Assembly (NCBI GenBank): GCA_963720465.1
Contig: OY970393.1
Coordinates: 1,152,001-1,216,000 of the forward strand
Length of the DNA stretch: 64,000 nt
Source: Methanobacteriota archaeon
Lineage (GTDB): Archaea; Halobacteriota; Bog-38; Methanoflorentales; Methanoflorentaceae
Direction of reading: 5' to 3'
Part shown: positions 38,522 through 47,371 of the stretch, piece by piece
Position numbering within the stretch: the first letter of the stretch is position 1
How the letters are laid out: each line of letters starts with the position of its first letter
Program-made: the position numbers and the translations under genes
Notes under the pieces: model-generated
The model's input: only the letters and a program-made list of their open reading frames with translations
What the model was told of the DNA's origin: nothing
The model's database searches: none

Positions 38522-39586
38522 TCAGTTTCGAGTCTCCGATTCGCCGTTCGACTCACGTCCACGCCGCCGAGGCAAGATATGCTTCTCTCCCAGCGCTGAG
38601 AGCTTTGAGTAAACAGACAGGGCGATTTTGCCAAGCGCGTCGGTTTTGTCAACATCGCAATACGGTTTGAGCTCTGGATCAAATTTTGATTTGAACATGT
38701 TAAGACGCTGAGGACCATTCGCGCCAATCAAATCCAGCATCTTAAAGCCCTCTGTTTTTGCGTGCTGAATTATCTCCCATAAGAGAAACTCGTTCGTATT
38801 CAATTCTGGGCGTGCGTTAACGCCACCGAACCAAAAGCCATAGCGGTCCTCACGCAGCGCACAGCACGCGATTGCGCCAGCGATGCTTCCGTCAATGCTG
38901 ACGGTGTGGACCGTCACACGCTGAGGAAATGCATCCACAACCTCCTCTAGATACCTATCACTAAAGAGATTCTGTCTTTCCCCGCGTTCTTTTCTTCGTT
39001 CTCGCCACATGCGAAGCACCGAGCTGACATCGCTTGTGTGCTCTACGTGAGGTGATAGTGCGCTTACGTGTTTGATGCCCTGTTTGCATCTTTTGCCGAA
39101 ACCGCCCCAGATATCGTCGAGGGGTTTTTCCAGGTCTATCGCGTACGTAAACTTGAGCTGGACCGCGTAGTTCTTCCACTCAAACGTCCGTACGTCGATG
39201 AAACTTGGAACAGTTATAAACGACAGGAAGTTGGGAGAGATCTTGTCGATTTCCGTGCACAGCTCGTCAGTCACTTGCGCAAAGACCTTCTCCTTTTTAT
39301 GTGCCCTCAGCCCGGCCACGCTGGGATCAAAAACGGGTCCTAAGTAGGGAATTTGCGCGTCTGGCGGCGGGGAGTACATTAACGTCAGCCCCCGGCGTCG
39401 AGTAACAAAAAAAGGGAGTATGCATCTGAGTTTGTTGCCTGAATATATGGCATACGGCACAAGCCGGTATCCGGAATGTCTCTCAACAATATTCAAAAAA
39501 TCCCACGTATGGAATAACGTCCCCTGTGGGCTGTTTTCGACAAACTGGTCCCAGATCTTTTTATCGTCTAGCACTTCAGCGGCCAT
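38522..39586 (-). CDS. FemAB-like / GNAT (Acetyltransf_6-type) protein, copy 1
   Basis: WDQFVENSPQGTLFHTWDFL, YLGP, TYAIDL, NEFLLWEIIQHAKTEGFKMLDLIGAN, FKSKF; start MAAEVL. Confidence 0.85.
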   Translation of the reverse strand: MAAEVLDDKKIWDQFVENSPQGTLFHTWDFLNIVERHSGYRLVPYAIYSGNKLRCILPFFVTRRRGLTLMYSPPPDAQIPYLGPVFDPSVAGLRAHKKEKVFAQVTDELCTEIDKISPNFLSFITVPSFIDVRTFEWKNYAVQLKFTYAIDLEKPLDDIWGGFGKRCKQGIKHVSALSPHVEHTSDVSSVLRMWRERRKERGERQNLFSDRYLEEVVDAFPQRVTVHTVSIDGSIAGAIACCALREDRYGFWFGGVNARPELNTNEFLLWEIIQHAKTEGFKMLDLIGANGPQRLNMFKSKFDPELKPYCDVDKTDALGKIALSVYSKLSALGEKHILPRRRGRESNGESETRN

Positions 39587-39710
39587 TGCGCCACCCCACA
39601 CGGTTTTCGCCACAAATCATCCAGGCACATTTCTTGCTCTGCGTTAGTCCTCTGTCGTTTATCTCCCAAGTCTCAGGTTCTCACCAGGCGCTGTTCTACT
39701 CACGTCCAAT

Positions 39711-40727
39711 CTACCGAAGCAAGACTCGTTCTCTCGCAGTTTTGACAGCGTTGTAAACTGAACTCTCTATTTTGTAAAACTCGTCGGTTTTTTCAACATA
39801 GCAATACGGTTTGAGCTCTGGATCAAATTTTGATTTGAATCGGGAAAGATGCTCAGGCCACGCGCCAAAAAAATCCAGCGTCTTAAAGCCCTCTAATTTT
39901 GCGAGCTGAATGACCTCCCATAAAAGAAACTCATTCGTATTCAGGTCTTTGCGGGCGTTAACGTTGCCGATCCAATAGCCATACCGGTCGTCACGCAGCG
40001 CACAGCACGCGATTGCGCCAGCGATGCTTCCGTCAATGCTGATGGTGTGGACCGTCACACGCTGAGGAAATGCATCCACAACCTCCTCTAGATACCTATC
40101 ACTAAAGAGATTCTGTCTTTCCCCGCGTTCTTTTCTTCGTTCTCGCCACATGCGAAGCACCGAGCTGACATCGCTTGTGTGCTCTACGTGAGGTGATAGT
40201 GCGCTTACGTGTTTGATGCCTCGCTTGCATCTTCCAGCGAAACCGCCCCAGATATCGTCGAGGGGTTTTTCCAGGTCTATCGCGTACGTAAACTTGAGCT
40301 GGACCGCGTAGTTCTTCCACTCAAACGTCCGTACGTCGATGAAACTTGGAACAGTTATAAACGACAGGAAGTTGGGAGAGATCTTGTCGATTTCCGTGCA
40401 CAGCTCGTCAGTCACTTGCGCAAAGACCTTCTCCTTTTTATGTGCCCTCAGCCCGGCCACGCTGGGATCAAAAACGGGTCCTAAGTAGGGAATTTGCGCG
40501 TCTGGCGGCGGGGAGTACATTAACGTCAGCCCCCGGCGTCGAGTAACAAAAAAAGGGAGTATGCATCTGAGTTTGTTGCCTGAATATATGGCATACGGCA
40601 CAAGCCGGTATCCGGAATGTCTCTCAACAATATTCAAAAAATCCCACGTATGGAATAACGTCCCCTGTGGGCTGTTTTCGACAAACTGGTCCCAGATCTT
40701 TTTATCGTCTAGCACTTCAACAGCCAT
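39711..40727 (-). CDS. FemAB-like / GNAT protein, copy 2
   Basis: Near-identical to copy 1 over the first about 240 codons (offset 1141 bp). Confidence 0.85.
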   Translation of the reverse strand: MAVEVLDDKKIWDQFVENSPQGTLFHTWDFLNIVERHSGYRLVPYAIYSGNKLRCILPFFVTRRRGLTLMYSPPPDAQIPYLGPVFDPSVAGLRAHKKEKVFAQVTDELCTEIDKISPNFLSFITVPSFIDVRTFEWKNYAVQLKFTYAIDLEKPLDDIWGGFAGRCKRGIKHVSALSPHVEHTSDVSSVLRMWRERRKERGERQNLFSDRYLEEVVDAFPQRVTVHTISIDGSIAGAIACCALRDDRYGYWIGNVNARKDLNTNEFLLWEVIQLAKLEGFKTLDFFGAWPEHLSRFKSKFDPELKPYCYVEKTDEFYKIESSVYNAVKTARERVLLR

Positions 40728-40848
40728 GGTTACACGACCACGCGGCGGGTAATCGCTTTGCCGCACAATTGCTTGATCTGGGATCTGGCAAGCTAAGTTA
40801 TACCACTTGTTTCACGTTCCACCTTTTTAAGGTTTCTTGGGCTCTGCG

Positions 40849-42102
40849 TCAGCTCCTACGTCGGCCGCTTCCGCAATCGCAGGCGCGCGTGGAAACAGCT
40901 CGATTCACATACCGCGCCGAGGCAACATGCGCTTGACACTGAGTACCTGAGCTGGCTAGCTTTGAGCGTGCAAAGTTGGCAATCTTGGCCAGCATGTCAG
41001 TTCTCTCGACATAGCAAAATGGCTCTACGGCTGGATTAAATCGAAATTTGAACTCAGAAATACGCTGATTAGGGGCACCAGTCAAATCTAGCTTTTTGAA
41101 GCCCTCTGACTTTGCGCGCCGAATGATTTCCCATTCAAGATACTCAACCACACCCAGGTCTCTACGCGCACTAACGCCACCGATCCAACTACAATATCGC
41201 TCCTTTTGAATGGCACAGTACGTGCTTGCGGTAGCGAGCCTTCCGTCGATGCTGACGTTGTACACGGTCACGTCCTGGGGAAACGTAGCCACAAGCTCCT
41301 TGAGATAACTCTCGCTTAGCAGCGGCTCTTCTTTTGCACATTGGCGGAATCGTTCTCGCCAGATGGCAAGCAAGGAACTAACGTCGTTAGTTTGTTGTAC
41401 CTCAGGAGAGTAAGCGCTCACACGCTTAATCTTCTGCCTGCAGCCTCTACTAAATGATGCCCAGATCTCATCGACGGATTTTTCCAAGTTGATAGCGGAC
41501 GTGAACATCAAGTGCGCCGTGAAGTTCTTCCAAATAAAGGAGCGCACGTCAAGAAAATTTGGGACCGTCCTAAAATTCATGAAATTTGGAGCGATCTTGT
41601 CAACTTCGCTGCACAGCTCCCCAGTCACTTGCTCAAAGATCTTCTCCTTTTTATGTGCCCCCAGCCCGGCCACGCTGGGATCAAACGCGGGTCCTAAGTA
41701 GGGAATTTGTGCATCAGGTGGCGGGGAGCGCATTAGCGTCAGTCCCTGGCGTCGAGTAATAAAAAAAGGGAATACGCACATAAGTTCGTTACCTGAAAAT
41801 ATGGCATACGGCACAAGCTGGGACCCAGAATGTTTTTCAACGATCTTCAAAAAATCCCAGGTATGAAATAACGTTCCCTGTGGGCTGTTTTCGACAAACT
41901 GGTCCCAGATCTTTTTATTGTCTAGCACTTCAACAGCGATTTTTGCGTGTCCACATACTGATAGTATCAGTCCGTGCGCTAATCCGACCGGCAAGAGGAA
42001 GCAGTTCCCTAATACAATAGACGGGAGTACCACGCAAATAGCTAGAACAGCTACGCTGATGACAAGTTTTGTTAATGCGGACCCAGGTTTAACTAAGTCC
42101 AC
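40849..42102 (-). CDS. FemAB-like / GNAT protein, copy 3, with hydrophobic N-terminal extension
   Basis: Same motifs; the paralogous ATG is ATC at 41938-41940; GTG at 42102 is preceded by GGGGGG. Confidence 0.75.
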   Translation of the reverse strand: MDLVKPGSALTKLVISVAVLAICVVLPSIVLGNCFLLPVGLAHGLILSVCGHAKIAVEVLDNKKIWDQFVENSPQGTLFHTWDFLKIVEKHSGSQLVPYAIFSGNELMCVFPFFITRRQGLTLMRSPPPDAQIPYLGPAFDPSVAGLGAHKKEKIFEQVTGELCSEVDKIAPNFMNFRTVPNFLDVRSFIWKNFTAHLMFTSAINLEKSVDEIWASFSRGCRQKIKRVSAYSPEVQQTNDVSSLLAIWRERFRQCAKEEPLLSESYLKELVATFPQDVTVYNVSIDGRLATASTYCAIQKERYCSWIGGVSARRDLGVVEYLEWEIIRRAKSEGFKKLDLTGAPNQRISEFKFRFNPAVEPFCYVERTDMLAKIANFARSKLASSGTQCQAHVASARYVNRAVSTRACDCGSGRRRS

Positions 42103-42219
42103 TTAGTCCCCCCTTTTTTCCATGCTTGCCCTTGACGGGAAAATTAATCAAAGCGCAAACGGAGCGCGAAAGCTTAAGTGTTGCTGTCCACCCTGTGTGA
42201 CCGAGGGGGTCAGCCCGCC

Positions 42220-42545
42220 ACGCGCCGTGACTAAACCTAGGTTACGGCGCACCCACGAGTAGGGGCAATCAAAACAGATAAAAACGAGAGAGCGTTGCAT
42301 AGCGTTCAGGGTCAAGGGCTCCGGCAGGCAAAGATAGATGCTGGAATGGGGTCGGTAGCACCTCAACAAGCTTGGACAAAGGACTTGAAAGAGGCGAAGA
42401 ATACTTTTTACCGAAACGTCCACGTCTCGATGGCAGTGACTTCAGCGGCAGGGTCTTTGAAAATCGCCGTTTATGGCGCTCTCTTGAAGTTATAGAGAGC
42501 GCTTCGTCATCGCCGATGCCTCCAGAAGCGGGGGCGGCTTCTCTT
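42220..42545 (+). mobile_element. Possible degenerate IS200/IS605 (tnpB) remnant
   Basis: Hairpin gcgccgtgac-N9-gttacggcgc (42222-42250); SVAPQQAWTKDLKEAKNTFY resembles the TnpB N-terminal S.ALQQ..KDL..A..NFF motif. Confidence 0.3.
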
Positions 42546-42567
42546 GTCTATGCGCTAGCTGCTGATT

Positions 42568-43302
42568 TCAAAGTCTGTGCAGGCGGTTAGCCCCCATTAG
42601 TGCAAGTTCATAAATCTTCGAATAATACTTCGTATAGTCGTAGCGCTCGACAAGGTCTCCCCCAAAACCTTTCTTCCAAGCACTATACCCAACTTCTTGT
42701 AAGTCGCCATCTTTAACGTAATATCTTCCGAGGTCGAATTCTCGCAGTCCCTTGGCCTTCGCGTACTTTATCGTCTCCCACACGAGCAACTTGTTCGCGT
42801 TGCCAATCAAAGAGGCTCTGTCGCGATCAACGAGTCGCTTTGATGCTGCTAGCCTCCCCAATATAGTGTGGCCATCGGCAAAACAAGCGTGGCCGCACAG
42901 TATATCTCCATCGTACTCTGCAATGAACAGCGGACCGCTTCGTTTTAAAACACTCGTCTTCTCGAAATCAGGGTAAATCCCTTTTTTCTTTCGAAACGAA
43001 TCATTCAGTTCTTGGAATTCATCATAATCTTCATTAAGTTTGACTCTGACACCAGCCCGTTGAGCGCGCTTTATATCTCTTCGAGTTGAGCTCTTGCTCA
43101 TTTTTTTCCAGATTGTGTCAAGGTCTTGCGCTAAATCTATCACTAAGTTTGTCTTGGATCTCATCTGAAAACCCGCGAGGTCTACCTTATACTTAGTGTC
43201 GGTGAACTTGACGCAGTGATAGCCCTTTACGTCAAAGGGGTACGAGCTAAACCAGACCTTTTTGGTTTTGAACCAATATCGGCGACTTTCTAACTCCAAC
43301 AT
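42568..43302 (-). CDS. Short FemA/FemB/FemX-like GNAT protein
   Basis: VIDLAQDLDTIWKKMSKSSTRRDIKRAQRAGV, ANKLLVWETIKYAKAKGLREFDLG, WKKGFGG (FemABX FK.GFG-type motif). Confidence 0.85.
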   Translation of the reverse strand: MLELESRRYWFKTKKVWFSSYPFDVKGYHCVKFTDTKYKVDLAGFQMRSKTNLVIDLAQDLDTIWKKMSKSSTRRDIKRAQRAGVRVKLNEDYDEFQELNDSFRKKKGIYPDFEKTSVLKRSGPLFIAEYDGDILCGHACFADGHTILGRLAASKRLVDRDRASLIGNANKLLVWETIKYAKAKGLREFDLGRYYVKDGDLQEVGYSAWKKGFGGDLVERYDYTKYYSKIYELALMGANRLHRL

Positions 43303-43872
43303 GGTGTTTGTCGAGAACTGTCGAAAGAGCCTATAATGCGACCTACATGCGACATCAGATTAATGTTCCAGCCGCTTGAAAGGTTTTAAGCGGAAATCAG
43401 ACGTCCTGGTGTATTTTGCTCTTGATGTATTAATAAATAGTCCTGTTAATCGATACTTCGGCGATTGACGAGAAGCATTACAAGTGCACAAGTTGAGGTT
43501 GGAACCTTTCTTGTCAAATCAATAGAGATTCCGAGCAAAATCGGGACGCTTGTTGCTCAATCCCAGCGATTTGAAAGTCAAACTGTGTCGGATCGCTTGC
43601 AGCTAGAGTGAATGGCTTCCTCAGTACACACCTCTTGTCCATCGCCTGCCCCCTCAAAAACGGACGAGGCTTTCTGTCGACAATTGATGTTGTTTCCTAC
43701 AGATTTGGCGCCTTCACCACGGGCTTCTCGCACATCTCGTTCGACAATCTGAAGGCGGTACAGTTTGAGGGGCTGCCAAATACTGCGGCTCGACGCAAGC
43801 AAGCCTCCATCTTTGAGGATAAAATCAGTCGGATACATCATCAACGGCGTCAACTAATTGTGACCTTGCTCT

Positions 43873-45408
43873 TCAATATGCTCGCAGCTGCCTCAAATAT
43901 GATTGGATTACACTGGACGCGGCGGCGTAAGCTTCCAAGCGGAACGAGCGCACGAAAATGAAGTAGAACGCGGCGCCGAAACTTACTTGGAGAGTCAGAT
44001 GCGCGGCATACGACCAGCTGTTTGGCAGTAGGAGGCCGAACGCCCAAACAGCTAGCGCCATCGTTGCTGCGGCGTAAAACTGAGGTGCCAGCTTTCTCAG
44101 CATGGTGGCGAAGTTCAAATCAATGAGGCGAGCTGGAATTGACCAGTTGGGGTGCCACAGCAGGAAATTAGCCACAGTATAGGCGACAGCAACGCCCAAC
44201 GCCCCCCAGCGTAGTCCCACGACGAACGAAATGATGTAGATGGATCCGACCACGAGCCCCCACCTGAACATGATGTCGGTTCGGCCCTGAGACTGATAGA
44301 GCCAAGAACCGGTGATGCCTATAGACTGAATAGCGCTAAGAATGCTAAAAACTTGAATGATGGGAATCATCCCAGCCCACGTGTCACCAAATAATGTGAG
44401 CACTAATGGGCGTGAAAGAACTAGCAGTCCCAACGAGACAGGAAACGCCACGAGCGAGATAACGCTGATTGATCGCAAATAGAGAGCCCTCACCCGTTCT
44501 ATGTCGTTTTGGATCTTTGAGAGAGCGGGAAACATGACGAATGTAATGACGCTCGCTATCTGGGTCAGCGGCAGCACTAGAATGGCGTACGAACGGGAGT
44601 AAATCCCCAAGGGTGCTGATCCTAAGTAGCGGCCGATCAACAAGTTGTCGCAATTTAGCGTCCAGTAGTTGGAAATGGCAGCACCGAGGTAGTTAGTGCC
44701 GAACTTAGAAAGATCCTTAACTGCGCTCAGTTGCAGTGAGAAATCGGGTCGCCACGGCGCCAGGACCCACACCATGGCGACGTAGACGATCGCATTAAGA
44801 ACGTACAGGGCAACGATGCTCCACACCCCAAAACCGCTCAAAGCTAAGTATATCGCGGCGGCACCCGGAATCACAGAGCTGGTCAGCCCAGCGATTGCTA
44901 GCGTACGAAAATCCATCGCTTTTTGGACGAGAGATTGCGTTATCGTACCAAATGAGTTGATGATGAAGATCGGCGAAATTGCGATGGTGAGGGACTGGAG
45001 CTCCGGGACACCATAAAAGGATGCGATGTAGGGAGCCGCTGCAGCAAAAATCAGTGTTAGTAGCACTCCCACAGCAATGCTGACCCAAAATACCGCATTC
45101 TTGTGGCGCTGTTCCACGTCCACTTTTTGAATCAAGGCTGCACCAAACCCCATATCAGTAAATAACATTGCAAACCCCGTAAAAACGACGACCATCGCAG
45201 CTAGTCCGAAGTCTTGTGGAGACAAAAGATGCATCAGGATGACGGTTACCACTAGGGAAATTAGCTGACTGCCCGCTTGCGCGATACCGCTCCACGCCAG
45301 GCCAACGCGGATTTCGCTTTCTAAGTCCTGCATTTTGACCGGAATTGCATTACCTCGTTTTGCAAAGGTTTGGTCTGCCGTGGCGCTTCTAGCCGATTCG
45401 GTGACCAC
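43873..45408 (-). CDS. Polysaccharide flippase (WzxC-like)
   Basis: LLSPQDFGL, DMGFGAALIQ, DNLLIGRYLG..LGIYSRSY, VMFPALSKIQND; alternative start at 45333. Confidence 0.9.
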   Translation of the reverse strand: MVTESARSATADQTFAKRGNAIPVKMQDLESEIRVGLAWSGIAQAGSQLISLVVTVILMHLLSPQDFGLAAMVVVFTGFAMLFTDMGFGAALIQKVDVEQRHKNAVFWVSIAVGVLLTLIFAAAAPYIASFYGVPELQSLTIAISPIFIINSFGTITQSLVQKAMDFRTLAIAGLTSSVIPGAAAIYLALSGFGVWSIVALYVLNAIVYVAMVWVLAPWRPDFSLQLSAVKDLSKFGTNYLGAAISNYWTLNCDNLLIGRYLGSAPLGIYSRSYAILVLPLTQIASVITFVMFPALSKIQNDIERVRALYLRSISVISLVAFPVSLGLLVLSRPLVLTLFGDTWAGMIPIIQVFSILSAIQSIGITGSWLYQSQGRTDIMFRWGLVVGSIYIISFVVGLRWGALGVAVAYTVANFLLWHPNWSIPARLIDLNFATMLRKLAPQFYAAATMALAVWAFGLLLPNSWSYAAHLTLQVSFGAAFYFIFVRSFRLEAYAAASSVIQSYLRQLRAY

Positions 45409-45665
45409 AAGCTAAAAAATCGGAGTCTCGAACAGCTCAGGCACGTCTTAATATATGACGTTTTACGTTTTAGTCCCGCAGCCGACTCAGGTCCGCGGAT
45501 AGGGCGACGAGATTCCGATCGCAGGATCGCTCTTCTTGCACCAGGCCACTCATCGAAAATGGCATCGCGGCCCAGAATCAGCAGCTGCCATCAAACGCAG
45601 GCGTTTGCAGTTGGCGCAAAAATGGCGACAAGCTCCCACACACGTTTGTACCAAATACGACCGCT

Positions 45666-46568
45666 TCAAGTACTCACGTTCACAAGTAGATACAGCTGCC
45701 TATAAGGCGATCCGGTGAGGTCGTCGAGGTACAGCAGAAAATCAATGCGCATGTTGTTGCCGGCACGATTAGGAGTCAGTGACAGATTTTTTTCGACCGT
45801 CTGACCGTTTGCAACGGTCTGGCGCCCTGAGTACAACGTGGTTGAGGTGTTGCCGTTCGTGAGACTGACCACAAGCAGATAGTTCTCATCTCGATTTTCA
45901 TGATTCGCGATCGCGACAGTCGCTGGTTTCGTCTGACCGACTGAGAAGTTTGTCGGGTACCCCTGCATTGTGCCTCCCGGACCAAGGAGGTACATCTCAG
46001 TGTAGTTTTCTCGGGGTTCGGGAGTCGCCAGCGAGTACAGCAGCACCGAGGCCGAAAAAAGAACGGAAAAGGCAACAAATATGGTCAGGGCCCGCGGTAC
46101 GCGGCCCGCTCTTTGCGCGCGAAGCGCTTGCATAAAATCCACGACACGCTCACTGCTCACGTCCATCCGCTGGGCAGGCGTGAGCGTGTGTCGTCGCACG
46201 TACGCAGACGCGGTCACCACCAAGATGAAGAGGGTCGCACTTGTCGCCACTGATTGGACGCTCAGCCCCCAGTCAGTGTAGTTGAGGGCCAATGCCAATA
46301 CCGGCACGATCACGGTGCTGAGGCCAAACGAAAACGCCGCGCGTTCAACACTGGTGATATCACCGTTTCGCGGAAAAAGCGCTGCGATGAAGGAATACCC
46401 GGGCACAAACAGCACGATCGGAATAACTACAACTGATCGGAGGACGCTATTGCTGAGCAAGGGCGCTGTGGCGAATACAAAGACTGCAATGCCTACTGCT
46501 AACGCAAGCAGCAAATCAACGTCCGAAATGCTGGCTCTGGATCGCGCGCCGGAGCGAGTGGATTCCAT
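45666..46568 (-). CDS. DUF1616-like membrane protein
   Basis: LFVPGYSFIAALFP, ERAAFSFGLS, LNYTDWG, ENYTEMYLLG, YPTNF, IANHE, PYRQLYLLVNV. Confidence 0.85.
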   Translation of the reverse strand: MESTRSGARSRASISDVDLLLALAVGIAVFVFATAPLLSNSVLRSVVVIPIVLFVPGYSFIAALFPRNGDITSVERAAFSFGLSTVIVPVLALALNYTDWGLSVQSVATSATLFILVVTASAYVRRHTLTPAQRMDVSSERVVDFMQALRAQRAGRVPRALTIFVAFSVLFSASVLLYSLATPEPRENYTEMYLLGPGGTMQGYPTNFSVGQTKPATVAIANHENRDENYLLVVSLTNGNTSTTLYSGRQTVANGQTVEKNLSLTPNRAGNNMRIDFLLYLDDLTGSPYRQLYLLVNVST

Positions 46569-47371
46569 TTGTATTCCTAGCAATTTTTAGCACAAGCCCC
46601 GAAACGCGGTGGATATGGACTTGAAGTTCCCTGTACATTTGATCAACGTTTGCTGCAATGTCATTGTTGACGGCAGTGCGCGCTCCACGTGCTTCGGTCC
46701 TCGCCTGGACTCCATTACTTGGAAACGACTTTAAAGTTTAAATATGTCGACTATAACGATATCCTCGAAGCGACCGAAGTAAAAATGATGTTCACTCCTG
46801 TCGTCTATCGGCTTCGTATGATTCAAATGCCGTTGATAAGCGACGTGCGCGAACGAGTACGAACCTGCAGGATGCGCACGTATCCGTCCATACGCTGCCA
46901 GAATCAGGCGGATGGTTTGCCTCCGTTGGAGCACTCAGGCAGGCGCACGGGGTTTTGTCGGGCTTTCAGGCGGCCATCTGGGAACAGTTTTGGTCGAAGT
47001 CAAAGACAACTAACGTTAGGGCGGTTCTGAGAGAGAACACAACGCGCGACCATCAAAGGAATAAGATCGTTTGCCAGTGCAAAAATGGTGTGGCCGACAT
47101 CACCATCGTAAAGCGGGCAGCTTGCCCGAGGTGTTCCCGCAAGATCGGTTTGCATGTTCATCCGAGCCCGAGCGATCGGAGCGCGACGGCTGAGCTACGT
47201 TATTTACCGGTTGCCTAACTCAAGGGCCACCCAAACGCGAGCCGTGAAGTCTAAGAACTGCCAACGCGAGATGCCCAAAAAATGGCCGATAAAGGCGATT
47301 CGAATGCGCACCCGTACGAACTTCAGAGCGCCCTCTTTGCAGAAATCGATTCGAGGGGCCAGAGCAGGACG

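Noticed and set aside
23852-40727. Diversity-generating retroelement (TR/VR) explanation for the near-identical propeller and GNAT pairs
   Set aside because: The differences inspected are not confined to adenines, both copies are full genes, and no reverse transcriptase is in the window
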